DNA of 23,643 bases, from the UHGV virus genome UHGV-1377030. The stretch is one strand, 5' to 3'. The notes beneath the pieces were generated by a model. It had not been told where the DNA came from, searched no databases, and saw only the letters and a program-made list of their open reading frames with translations. Origin of the DNA: a virus. Positions 13,738 to 22,766 of the stretch are shown here, piece by piece (position 1 is the first letter of the stretch; every line of letters starts with the position of its first letter). The position numbers and the translations under genes are program-made.

Positions 13738-14518
13738 TGAGGTGAATCCGCAGATGACCCTGCGTCGCCTGCCGGATGAAGATCCGCAGAATCTGGCGGA
13801 CCCGGCTTACCGCCGCCGTCGCATCATCATGCAGAACATGCGTGACGAAGAGCTGGCCATTGCTCAGGTCGAAGAGATGCAGGCCGTTTCTGCCGTGCTT
13901 AAGGGCAAATACACCATGACCGGTGAAGCCTTCGATCCGGTTGAGGTGGATATGGGCCGCAGTGCGGCGAATAACATCACGCAGTCCGGCGGCACGGAGT
14001 GGAGCAAGCGTGACAAGTCCACGTATGACCCGACCGACGATATCGAAGCCTACGCGCTGAACGCCAGCGGTGTGGTGAATATCATCGTGTTTGATCCGAA
14101 AGGCTGGGCGCTGTTCCGTTCCTTCAAAGCCGTCAAGGAGAAGCTGGATACCCGTCGTGGCTCTAATTCCGAGCTGGAGACAGCGGTGAAAGACCTGGGT
14201 AAAGCGGTGTCCTATAAGGGGATGTATGGCGATGTTGCCATCGTCGTGTATTCCGGACAGTACGTGGAAAACGGCGTCAAAAAGAACTTCCTGCCGGACA
14301 ACACGATGGTGCTGGGGAACACTCAGGCACGCGGTCTGCGTACCTATGGCTGTATTCAGGATGCGGACGCACAGCGCGAAGGCATTAACGCCTCTGCCCG
14401 TTACCCGAAAAACTGGGTGACCACCGGCGATCCGGCGCGTGAGTTCACCATGATTCAGTCAGCACCGCTGATGCTGCTGGCTGACCCTGATGAGTTCGTG
14501 TCCGTACAACTGGCGTAA
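13730..14518 (+). pseudogene. E: Major capsid protein E, 3' fragment (continuation of the gene interrupted at about 3012)
   Basis: PKHEVNPQMTLRRLPDEDPQNLADPAYRRRR...DEFVSVQLA matches lambda gpE from about residue 80 to the C-terminus. An in-frame TAA at 13727..13729 precedes it, so the fragment lacks its N-terminal part. Confidence 0.85.
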
Positions 14519-14522
14519 TCGT

Positions 14523-14547
14523 GGCCCTTCGGGGCCATTTTCTCTCT
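14523..14547 (+). terminator. GC stem with tetraloop followed by T-rich tract after E (terminator-like / RNA-stability hairpin)
   Basis: ggccc-ttcg-gggcc (14523..14536) followed by attttctctct. Confidence 0.4.
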
Positions 14548-14559
14548 GTGGAGGAGTCC

Positions 14560-14958
14560 ATGACGAAAGATGAACTGATTGCCCGTCTCCGCTCGCTGGG
14601 TGAACAACTGAACCGTGATGTCAGTCTGACGGGGACGAAAGAAGAACTGGCGCTCCGTGTGGCAGAGCTGGAAGAAGAGCTTGATGACACGGGCGACACT
14701 GCCGGTCAGGATACCCCTCTCAGCCCGGAAAATGTGCTGACCGGGCATGAACATGAGGTGGTATCAGCGCAGCCGGATACCGTGATTCAGGATACGGCTG
14801 AACTGGTCACGGTCGTGGCACTGGTGACGCTGCATACTGATGCACTTCACGCCACGCGGGATGAACCTGTGGCATTTGTGCTGCCGGGAACGGCGTTCCG
14901 TGTCTCTGCCGGTGTGGCAGCTGAAATGACAGAGCGCGGCCTGGCCAGAATGCAATAA
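14560..14958 (+). CDS. FI: DNA-packaging/head assembly protein, lambda gpFI-like
   Basis: ATG at 14560 gives MTKDELIARLRSLGEQLNRDVSLTGTKEELALRVAELEEELDD..., matching lambda FI; GGAGG SD upstream. Confidence 0.85.
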   Translation: MTKDELIARLRSLGEQLNRDVSLTGTKEELALRVAELEEELDDTGDTAGQDTPLSPENVLTGHEHEVVSAQPDTVIQDTAELVTVVALVTLHTDALHATRDEPVAFVLPGTAFRVSAGVAAEMTERGLARMQ

Positions 14959-14969
14959 CGGGAGGCGCT

Positions 14970-15323
14970 GTGGCTGATTTCGATAACCTGTTCGATGCTG
15001 CCATTGCCCGCGCCGATGAAACGATACGCGGGTACATGGGAACGTCAGCCACCATGACATCCGGTGAGCAGTCCGGCGCAGTAATACGTGGTGTTTTTGA
15101 TGACCCTGAAAATATCAGCTATGCCGGACAGGGCGTGCGCGTTGAAGGCTCCAGCCCGTCCCTGTTTGTCCGGACTGATGATGTGCGGCAACTGCGGCGT
15201 GGAGACACGCTGACCATCGGTGAGGAAAACTTCTGGATAGATCGTGTTTCGCCGGATGATGGCGGAAGCTGTCATCTCTGGCTTGGACGGGGCGTACCGC
15301 CTGCCGTTAACCGTCGCCGCTGA
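14970..15323 (+). CDS. FII: Head-tail joining protein, lambda gpFII-like
   Basis: GTG start; MADFDNLFDAAIARADETIRGYMGTSAT... matches lambda FII. Confidence 0.85.
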   Translation: MADFDNLFDAAIARADETIRGYMGTSATMTSGEQSGAVIRGVFDDPENISYAGQGVRVEGSSPSLFVRTDDVRQLRRGDTLTIGEENFWIDRVSPDDGGSCHLWLGRGVPPAVNRRR

Positions 15324-15334
15324 AAGGGGGATGT

Positions 15335-15913
15335 ATGGCCATAAAAGGTCTTGAGCAGGCCGTTGAAAACCTCAGCCGTATCAGCAAAACGGCGGTGCCT
15401 GGTGCCGCCGCAATGGCCATTAACCGCGTTGCTTCATCCGCGATATCGCAGTCGGCGTCACAGGTTGCCCGTGAGACAAAGGTACGCCGGAAACTGGTAA
15501 AGGAAAGGGCCAGGCTGAAAAGGGCCACGGTTAAAAATCCGCAGGCCAGAATCAAGGTTAACCGGGGGGATTTGCCCGTAATAAAGCTGGGTAACGCGCG
15601 GATTGTCCTGTCCCGACGCAGGCGTCGTAAAAAGGGGCAGCGTTCAGCCCTGAAAGGTGGCGGCAGCGTGCTTGTGGTGGGAAACCGTCGTATTCCCGGC
15701 GCGTTTATTCAGCAACTGAAAAATGGCCGCTGGCATGTTATGCAGCGTGTGGCCGGGAAAAACCGTTACCCCATTGATGTAGTGAAAATCCCGATGGCGG
15801 TGCCGCTGACCACGGCGTTTAAACAAAATATTGAGCGGATACGGCGTGAACGTCTTCCGAAAGAGCTGGGCTATGCGCTGCAGCATCAACTGAGGATGGT
15901 AATAAAGCGATGA
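15335..15913 (+). CDS. Z: Tail completion protein, lambda gpZ-like
   Basis: MAIKGLEQAVENLSRISKTAVPGAAAMAINRV... matches lambda Z. Confidence 0.85.
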   Translation: MAIKGLEQAVENLSRISKTAVPGAAAMAINRVASSAISQSASQVARETKVRRKLVKERARLKRATVKNPQARIKVNRGDLPVIKLGNARIVLSRRRRRKKGQRSALKGGGSVLVVGNRRIPGAFIQQLKNGRWHVMQRVAGKNRYPIDVVKIPMAVPLTTAFKQNIERIRRERLPKELGYALQHQLRMVIKR

Positions 15914-16305
15914 AACATACTGAACTCCGTGCAGCCGTACTGGATGCACTGGAGAAGCATGACACCGGGGCGACGCTTTTTGATGGTCGCCCCGCTGTTT
16001 TTGATGAGGCGGATTTTCCGGCAATTGCCGTTTATCTCACCGGCGCTGAATACACGGGCGAAGAGCTGGACAGCGATACCTGGCAGGCGGAGCTGCATAT
16101 TGAAGTTTTCCTGCCTGCTCAGGTGCCGGATTCAGAGCTGGATGCGTGGATGGAGTCCCGGATTTATCCGGTGATGAGCGATATTCCGGCACTGTCAGAT
16201 TTGATCACCAGTATGGTGGCCAGTGGCTATGACTACCGACGCGACGATGATGCGGGCCTGTGGAGTTCAGCCGATCTGACGTATGTCATTACCTATGAAA
16301 TGTGA
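15910..16305 (+). CDS. U: Tail terminator protein, lambda gpU-like
   Basis: [43 protein letters not shown]... matches lambda U; ATGA overlap with the Z stop. Confidence 0.85.
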   Translation: MKHTELRAAVLDALEKHDTGATLFDGRPAVFDEADFPAIAVYLTGAEYTGEELDSDTWQAELHIEVFLPAQVPDSELDAWMESRIYPVMSDIPALSDLITSMVASGYDYRRDDDAGLWSSADLTYVITYEM

Positions 16306-16312
16306 GGACGAT

Positions 16313-16972
16313 ATGCCTGTACCAAATCCAGTAATGCCGGTGAAAGGTGCCGGGACCACACTGTGGGTTTATAAGGGGAACGGTGACCCTTATGCGAACC
16401 CGCTTTCAGACGTTGACTGGTCGCGTCTGGCAAAAGTTAAAGACCTGACGCCCGGCGAACTGACCGCTGAGTCCTATGACGACAGCTATCTCGATGATGA
16501 AGATGCAGACTGGACTGCGACCGGGCAGGGGCAGAAATCTGCCGGAGATACCAGCTTCACGCTGGCGTGGATGCCCGGAGAGCAGGGGCAGCAGGCGCTG
16601 CTGGCGTGGTTTAATGAAGGTGATACCCGTGCCTATAAAATCCGCTTTCCGAACGGCACGGTCGATGTGTTCCGTGGCTGGGTCAGCAGTATCGGTAAGG
16701 CGGTGACGGCGGCAACCGGCATGACGGTAACGCCAGCCAGTGCGTCCGTAGTGAAAGGGCAGAGCACCACGCTGACCGTGGCATTCCAGCCGGAAGGCGT
16801 AACCGACAAGAGCTTCCGTGCGGTGTCTGCGGATAAAACAAAAGCCACCGTGTCGGTCAGTGGTATGACCATCACCGTGAAAGGTGTTGCTGCAGGCAAG
16901 GTCAACATTCCGGTTGTATCCGGTAATGGTGAACTTGCTGCGGTTGCAGAAATTACCGTCACCGCCAGTTAA
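16313..16972 (+). CDS. V: Major tail tube protein, lambda gpV-like (with C-terminal Ig-like domain)
   Basis: ATG at 16313 after a GAGGA SD; [22 protein letters not shown]... matches lambda V. Confidence 0.85.
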   Translation: MPVPNPVMPVKGAGTTLWVYKGNGDPYANPLSDVDWSRLAKVKDLTPGELTAESYDDSYLDDEDADWTATGQGQKSAGDTSFTLAWMPGEQGQQALLAWFNEGDTRAYKIRFPNGTVDVFRGWVSSIGKAVTAATGMTVTPASASVVKGQSTTLTVAFQPEGVTDKSFRAVSADKTKATVSVSGMTITVKGVAAGKVNIPVVSGNGELAAVAEITVTAS

Positions 16973-16987
16973 TCCGGAGAGTCAGCG

Positions 16988-17410
16988 ATGTTCCTGAAAA
17001 CCGAATCATTTGAACATAACGGTGTGACCGTCACGCTTTCTGAACTGTCAGCCCTGCAGCGCATTGAGCATCTCGCCCTGATGAAACGGCAGGCAGAACA
17101 GGCGGAGTCAGACAGCAACCGGAAGTTTACTGTGGAAGACGCCATCAGAACCGGCGCGTTTCTGGTGGCGATGTCCCTGTGGCATAACCATCCGCAGAAG
17201 ACGCAGATGCCGTCCATGAATGAAGCCGTTAAACAGATTGAGCAGGAAGTGCTTACCACCTGGCCCACGGAGGCAATTTCTCATGCTGAAAACGTGGTGT
17301 ACCGGCTGTCTGGTATGTATGAGTTTGTGGTGAATGATGCTCCTGAACAGACAGAGGACGCCGGGCCCGCAGAGCCTGTTTCTGCGGGAAAGTGTTCGAC
17401 GGTGAGCTGA
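16988..17410 (+). CDS. G: Tail assembly chaperone, lambda gpG-like
   Basis: MFLKTESFEHNGVTVTLSELSALQRIEHLALMKRQAEQ... matches lambda G; contains the slippery site near its 3' end. Confidence 0.85.
   Translation: MFLKTESFEHNGVTVTLSELSALQRIEHLALMKRQAEQAESDSNRKFTVEDAIRTGAFLVAMSLWHNHPQKTQMPSMNEAVKQIEQEVLTTWPTEAISHAENVVYRLSGMYEFVVNDAPEQTEDAGPAEPVSAGKCSTVS
17386..17392 (+). other. Programmed -1 ribosomal frameshift slippery heptamer G GGA AAG (G to G-T)
   Basis: gggaaag at 17386..17392 read as G-GGA-AAG in the G frame; the -1 frame continues into the T ORF (17392..17850). Confidence 0.65.
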
Positions 17411-17850
17411 GTTTTGCCCTGAAACTGGCGCGTGAGATGGGGCGACCCGACTGGCGTGCCATGCTTGCCGGGATGTCATCCACGGAGTATGCCGACTGGC
17501 ACCGCTTTTACAGTACCCATTATTTTCATGATGTTCTGCTGGATATGCACTTTTCCGGGCTGACGTACACCGTGCTCAGCCTGTTTTTCAGCGATCCGGA
17601 TATGCATCCGCTGGATTTCAGTCTGCTTAACCGGCGCGAGGCTGACGAAGAGCCTGAAGATGATGTGCTGATGCAGAAAGCGGCAGGGCTTGCCGGAGGT
17701 GTCCGCTTTGGCCCGGACGGGAATGAAGTTATCCCCGCTTCCCCGTATGTGGCGGACATGACGGAGGATGACGTAATGCTGATGACAGTATCAGAAGGGA
17801 TCGCAGGAGGAGTCCGGTATGGCTGCACCGGTAGGCGATCTGGTCGTTGA
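17392..17850 (+). CDS. T: Tail assembly protein T region, expressed mainly as a G-T fusion by -1 frameshift (fusion spans 16988..17850)
   Basis: -1 frame ORF MFDGELSFALKLAREMGRPDWRAMLAGMSSTEYADWHRFY... matches lambda T; no independent SD, consistent with frameshift expression. Confidence 0.7.
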   Translation: MFDGELSFALKLAREMGRPDWRAMLAGMSSTEYADWHRFYSTHYFHDVLLDMHFSGLTYTVLSLFFSDPDMHPLDFSLLNRREADEEPEDDVLMQKAAGLAGGVRFGPDGNEVIPASPYVADMTEDDVMLMTVSEGIAGGVRYGCTGRRSGR

Positions 17851-20365
17851 TTTAAGTCTGGATGCGGCCAGATTTGACGAGCAGATGGCCAGAGTCAGGC
17901 GTCATTTTTCCGGTACGGAAAGTGATGCGAAAAAAACAGCGGCAGTCGTTGAACAGTCAATGAACCGGCAGGCGCTGGCTGCACAGAAAGCGGGGATTTC
18001 CGTCGGGCAGTATAAAGCTGCCATGCGTATGCTGCCTGCGCAGTTCACCGACGTGGCCACGCAGCTTGCAGGGGGGCAGAATCCGTGGCTCATCCTGCTG
18101 CAACAGGGTGGTCAGGTGAAGGACTCCTTCGGCGGGATGATCCCCATGTTCAGGGGGCTTGCCGGTGCGATCACCCTGCCGATGGTTGGTATCACTTCGC
18201 TGGCGGTGGCGACCGGTGCGCTGGCGTATGCCTGGTATCAGGGTGACTCAACCCTGTCCGATTTCAACAAAACGCTGGTCCTTTCCGGTAATCAGGCGGG
18301 ACTGACGGCAGATCGTATGCTGGCCCTGTCCAGAGCCGGGCAGGCGGCAGGGCTGACGTTTAACCAGACCAGCGAGTCACTGACGGCGCTGGTGAATGCC
18401 GGTGTGCGTGGTGGTGAGCAGTTTGAGGCAATCAGCCAGAGTGTGGCGCGTTTCTCCTCTGCATCCGGCGTGGAGGTGGACAAGGTCGCTGAAGCCTTCG
18501 GGAAGCTGACCACTGACCCGACGTCTGGGTTGACGGCGATGGCACGTCAGTTCCATAACGTGACGGCGGAGCAGATTGCGTATGTTGCTCAGTTGCAGCG
18601 TTCCGGCGATGAAGCCGGGGCATTGCAGGCGGCGAACGAGGCCGCAACGAAAGGGTTTGATGACCAGACCCGCCGCCTGAAAGAGAACATGGGCACGCTG
18701 GAGACCTGGGCAGACAGGACTGCGCGGGCATTCAAATCCATGTGGGATGCGGTGCTGGATATTGGTCGTCCTGATACCGCGCAGGAGATGCTGATTAAGG
18801 CAGAGGCTGCGTTTAAGAAAGCAGACGACATCTGGAATCTGCGCAAGGATGATTATTTTGTTAACGATGAAGCGCGGGCGCGTTACTGGGATGATCGTGA
18901 AAAGGCCCGTCTTGCGCTTGAAGCCGCCCGAAAGAAGGCTGAGCAGCAGACTCAACAGGACAAAAATGCGCAGCAGCAGAGCGATACCGAAGCGTCACGG
19001 CTGAAATATACCGAAGAGGCGCAGAAGGCTTACGAACGGCTGCAGACGCCGCTGGAGAAATATACCGCCCGTCAGGAAGAACTGAACAAGGCACTGAAAG
19101 ACGGGAAAATCCTGCAGGCGGATTACAACACGCTGATGGCGGCGGCGAAAAAGGATTATGAAGCGACGCTGAAAAAGCCGAAACAGTCCGGCGTGAAGGT
19201 GTCTGCGGGCGATCGTCAGGAAGACAGTGCTCATGCTGCCCTGCTGACGCTTCAGGCAGAACTCCGGACGCTGGAGAAGCATGCCGGAGCGAATGAGAAA
19301 ATCAGCCAGCAGCGCCGGGATTTGTGGAAGGCGGAGAGTCAGTTCGCGGTACTGGAGGAGGCGGCGCAACGTCGCCAGCTGTCTGCACAGGAGAAATCCC
19401 TGCTGGCGCATAAAGATGAGACGCTGGAGTACAAACGCCAGCTGGCTGCACTTGGCGACAAGGTCACGTATCAGGAGCACCTGAACGCGCTGGCGCAGCA
19501 GGCGGATAAATTCGCACAGCAGCAACGGGCAAAACGGGCCGCCATTGATGCGAAAAGCCGGGGGCTGACTGACCGGCAGGCAGAACGGGAAGCCACGGAA
19601 CAGCGCCTGAAGGAACAGTATGGCGATAATCCGCTGGCGCTGAATAGCGTCATGTCAGAGCAGAAAAAGACCTGGGCGGCTGAAGACCAGCTTCGCGGGA
19701 GCTGGATGGCAGGCCTCAGGTCAGGCTGGAGTGAGTGGGAAGAGAGCGCCACGGACAGTATGTCGCAGGTTAAAAGTGCAGCCACGCAGACCTTTGATGG
19801 TATTGCACAGAATATGGCGGCGATGCTGACCGGCAGTGAGCAGAACTGGCGCAGCTTCACCCGTTCCGTGCTGTCCATGATGACAGAAATTCTGCTTAAG
19901 CAGGCAATGGTGGGGATCGTCGGGAGTGTCGGCAGTGTCATTGGCGGTGCATCAGCGTCAGGCGGTACAGCCATTCAGGCATCTGCGGCGAAATTCCATT
20001 TTGCGACCGGAGGATTTACGGGAACCGGCGGCAAATATGAGCCAGCGGGGATTGTTCACCGTGGTGAATTTGTCTTCACGAAGGAGGCAACCAGCCGGAT
20101 TGGCGTGGGGAATCTTTACCGGCTTATGCGCGGCTATGCCACCGGCGGTTATGTCGGTACACCGGGCAGCATGGCGGACAGTCGGTCGCAGGCGTCCGGG
20201 ACGTTTGAGCAGAATAACCATGTGGTGATTAACAACGACGGCACGAACGGTCAGATAGGGCCACAGGCGCTGAAGGCTGTTTATGACGTAGCCCGTAAGG
20301 CGGCAATGGATGTTGTGACCGGGCAGATGCGTGATGGTGGTCTGTTCTCCGGAGGTGGACGATGA
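17819..20365 (+). CDS. H: Tail tape-measure protein, lambda gpH-like
   Basis: 848-aa ORF; MAAPVGDLVVDLSLDAARFDEQMARVRRHFSG... with long coiled-coil-rich middle and Gly-rich C-terminus, matching lambda H. Confidence 0.9.
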   Translation: MAAPVGDLVVDLSLDAARFDEQMARVRRHFSGTESDAKKTAAVVEQSMNRQALAAQKAGISVGQYKAAMRMLPAQFTDVATQLAGGQNPWLILLQQGGQVKDSFGGMIPMFRGLAGAITLPMVGITSLAVATGALAYAWYQGDSTLSDFNKTLVLSGNQAGLTADRMLALSRAGQAAGLTFNQTSESLTALVNAGVRGGEQFEAISQSVARFSSASGVEVDKVAEAFGKLTTDPTSGLTAMARQFHNVTAEQIAYVAQLQRSGDEAGALQAANEAATKGFDDQTRRLKENMGTLETWADRTARAFKSMWDAVLDIGRPDTAQEMLIKAEAAFKKADDIWNLRKDDYFVNDEARARYWDDREKARLALEAARKKAEQQTQQDKNAQQQSDTEASRLKYTEEAQKAYERLQTPLEKYTARQEELNKALKDGKILQADYNTLMAAAKKDYEATLKKPKQSGVKVSAGDRQEDSAHAALLTLQAELRTLEKHAGANEKISQQRRDLWKAESQFAVLEEAAQRRQLSAQEKSLLAHKDETLEYKRQLAALGDKVTYQEHLNALAQQADKFAQQQRAKRAAIDAKSRGLTDRQAEREATEQRLKEQYGDNPLALNSVMSEQKKTWAAEDQLRGSWMAGLRSGWSEWEESATDSMSQVKSAATQTFDGIAQNMAAMLTGSEQNWRSFTRSVLSMMTEILLKQAMVGIVGSVGSVIGGASASGGTAIQASAAKFHFATGGFTGTGGKYEPAGIVHRGEFVFTKEATSRIGVGNLYRLMRGYATGGYVGTPGSMADSRSQASGTFEQNNHVVINNDGTNGQIGPQALKAVYDVARKAAMDVVTGQMRDGGLFSGGGR

Positions 20366-20691
20366 AAACCTTCCGCTGGAAAGTGAAACCCGGTATGGAT
20401 GTGGCTTCGGCCCCTTCTGTAAGAAAGGTGCGCTTTGGTGATGGCTATTCCCAGCGAGCGCCTGCCGGGCTGAATGCCAACCTGAAAACGTACAGCGTGA
20501 CGCTTTCTGTTCCCCGTTGGGAGGCCGCGGCGCTGGAGTCGTTTCTGGAAGAGCACGGGGGCTGGAAAGCCTTTCTGTGGACGCCGCCTTATGAGTGGCG
20601 GCAGATAAAGGTGACCTGCGCAAAATGGTCGTCGCGGGTCAGTATGCTGCGTGTTGAGTTCAGCGCAGAGTTTGAACAGGTGGTGAACTGA
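20362..20691 (+). CDS. M: Tail tip protein, lambda gpM-like
   Basis: MKTFRWKVKPGMDVASAPSVRKVRFGDGYSQRAPAGLNANL... matches lambda M; ATGA overlap with H. Confidence 0.85.
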   Translation: MKTFRWKVKPGMDVASAPSVRKVRFGDGYSQRAPAGLNANLKTYSVTLSVPRWEAAALESFLEEHGGWKAFLWTPPYEWRQIKVTCAKWSSRVSMLRVEFSAEFEQVVN

Positions 20692-21389
20692 TGCAGGATA
20701 TCCGGCAGGAAACACTGAATGAATGCACCCGTGCGGAGCAGTCGGCCAGCGTGGTGCTCTGGGAAATCGACCTGACAGAGGTCGGTGGAGAACGTTATTT
20801 TTTCTGTAATGAGCAGAACGAAAAAGGTGAGCCGGTCACCTGGCAGGGGCGACAGTATCAGCCGTATCCCATTCAGGGGAGTGGTTTTGAACTGAATGGC
20901 AAAGGCACCAGTACGCGCCCCACGCTGACGGTTTCTAACCTGTACGGTATGGTCACCGGGATGGTGGAAGATCTGCAGAGTCTGGTCGGCGGAACGGTGG
21001 TCAGGCGTAAGGTTTACGCCCGTTTTCTGGATGCGGTGAATTTCGTCAACGGAAACAGCGATGCCGATCCGGAGCAGGAGGTGATCAGCCGCTGGCGCGT
21101 CGAGCAGTGCAGCGAACTGAGCGCGGTCAGTGCCTCCTTTGTGTTGTCCACGCCGACGGAAACGGATGGTGCTGTTTTTCCGGGGCGCATCATGCTGGCC
21201 AACACCTGCACCTGGACCTATCGCGGTGATGAGTGCGGTTATAGCGGTCCGGCGGTCGCGGATGAATATGACCAGCCGACGTCCGATATCACGAAGGATA
21301 AATGCAGCAAATGCCTGAGTGGTTGTAAGTTTCGCAATAATGTCGGCAACTTTGGCGGCTTCCTTTCTATTAACAAACTTTCGCAGTAA
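20691..21389 (+). CDS. L: Tail tip protein, lambda gpL-like
   Basis: MQDIRQETLNECTRAEQSASVVLWEIDLTEVGGERYFFCNE... matches lambda L; C-terminal Cys cluster (CSKCLSGC). Confidence 0.85.
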   Translation: MQDIRQETLNECTRAEQSASVVLWEIDLTEVGGERYFFCNEQNEKGEPVTWQGRQYQPYPIQGSGFELNGKGTSTRPTLTVSNLYGMVTGMVEDLQSLVGGTVVRRKVYARFLDAVNFVNGNSDADPEQEVISRWRVEQCSELSAVSASFVLSTPTETDGAVFPGRIMLANTCTWTYRGDECGYSGPAVADEYDQPTSDITKDKCSKCLSGCKFRNNVGNFGGFLSINKLSQ

Positions 21390-21393
21390 TCCC

Positions 21394-22137
21394 ATGACAG
21401 AGACAGAATCAGCGATTCTGGCGCACGCCCGGCGATGTGCGCCAGCGGAGTCGTGCGGCTTCGTAGTGAGAACGCCGGAGGGGGAAAGATATTTTCCCTG
21501 CGTGAATATCTCCGGTGAGCCGGAGGCGTATTTCCGTATGTCGCCGGAAGACTGGCTGCAGGCAGAAATGCAGGGTGAGATTGTGGCGCTGGTCCACAGC
21601 CACCCCGGTGGTCTGCCCTGGCTGAGTGAGGCTGACCGGCGGCTGCAGGTGCAGAGTGATTTGCCGTGGTGGCTGTTCTGCCGGGGGACGATTCATAAGT
21701 TCCGCTGTGTGCCGCATCTCACCGGGCGGCGCTTTGAGCACGGGGTGACGGACTGTTACACGCTGTTCCGGGATGCTTATCATCTGGCGGGGATTGAGAT
21801 GCCGGATTTTCATCGCGGGGATGACTGGTGGCGTCACGGTCAGAATCTCTATCTGGATAATCTGGAGGCCACAGGGCTGTATCAGGTGCCGTTGTCATCA
21901 GCACAACCGGGCGATGTGCTGCTGTGCTGTTTTGGTTCATCGGTGCCGAATCATGCCGCCATTTACTGTGGTGATGGCGAGCTGCTGCACCATATTCCTG
22001 AACAACTGAGCAAACGAGAGAGGTATACCGACAAATGGCAGCGACGCACACACTCCCTCTGGCGTCACCGGGAATGGCACGCATCTGCCTTTACGGGGAT
22101 TTGCAACGATTTGGCCGCCGCATCGACCTTCGTGTGA
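21394..22137 (+). CDS. K: Tail tip assembly protein, lambda gpK-like (JAB/MPN plus NlpC/P60-like)
   Basis: ATG at 21394; MTETESAILAHARRCAPAESCGFVV...HSHPGG... matches lambda K. Confidence 0.85.
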   Translation: MTETESAILAHARRCAPAESCGFVVRTPEGERYFPCVNISGEPEAYFRMSPEDWLQAEMQGEIVALVHSHPGGLPWLSEADRRLQVQSDLPWWLFCRGTIHKFRCVPHLTGRRFEHGVTDCYTLFRDAYHLAGIEMPDFHRGDDWWRHGQNLYLDNLEATGLYQVPLSSAQPGDVLLCCFGSSVPNHAAIYCGDGELLHHIPEQLSKRERYTDKWQRRTHSLWRHREWHASAFTGICNDLAAASTFV

Positions 22138-22706
22138 AAACGGGGGCTGAAGCCATCCGCGCACTGGCCACACAGCTCCCGGCGTTTCGTCAGAAACTGA
22201 GCGACGGCTGGTATCAGGTACGGATTGCCGGGCAGGATGTCAGCACGTCCGGATTAACGGCGCAGTTACATGAGACTCTGCCTGATGGCGCTGTGATTCA
22301 TATTGTTCCCAGAGTCGCCGGGGCCAAGTCAGGTGGCGTATTCCAGATTGTCCTGGGGGCTGCCGCCATTGCCGGATCATTCTTTACCGCCGGGGCCACC
22401 CTTGCAGCATGGGGGGCAGCCATTGGGGCCGGTGGTATGACCGGCATCCTGTTTTCTCTCGGTGCCAGTATGGTGCTCGGTGGTGTGGCGCAGATGCTGG
22501 CACCGAAAGCCAGAACTCCCCGTACACAGACAACGGATAACGGCAAACAGAACACCTATTTCTCCTCACTGGATAACATGGTTGCCCAGGGCAATGTTCT
22601 GCCGGTTCTGTACGGTGAAATGCGCGTGGGGTCACGTGTGGTATCTCAGGAGATCAGTACAGCTGATGAAGGTGATGGTGGTGAAATCGTGGTGATTGGT
22701 CGCTGA
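22035..22706 (+). CDS. I: Tail tip assembly protein, lambda gpI-like
   Basis: MAATHTLPLASPGMARICLYGDLQRFGRRIDLRVKTGAEAIRALATQLPAF... matches lambda I; overlaps the 3' end of K in another frame, as in lambda. Confidence 0.85.
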   Translation: MAATHTLPLASPGMARICLYGDLQRFGRRIDLRVKTGAEAIRALATQLPAFRQKLSDGWYQVRIAGQDVSTSGLTAQLHETLPDGAVIHIVPRVAGAKSGGVFQIVLGAAAIAGSFFTAGATLAAWGAAIGAGGMTGILFSLGASMVLGGVAQMLAPKARTPRTQTTDNGKQNTYFSSLDNMVAQGNVLPVLYGEMRVGSRVVSQEISTADEGDGGEIVVIGR

Positions 22707-22729
22707 TGGAACATGTTTTATGTGAAACC

Positions 22730-22752
22730 GCCTGCGGGCGGTTTTGTCGTTT
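22730..22752 (+). other. Stem-loop between I and J
   Basis: aaccgcc-tgcg-ggcggtt followed by ttgtcgttt; terminator-like but inside the late operon. Confidence 0.3.
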
Positions 22753-22766
22753 ATGGAGCATGAGGA

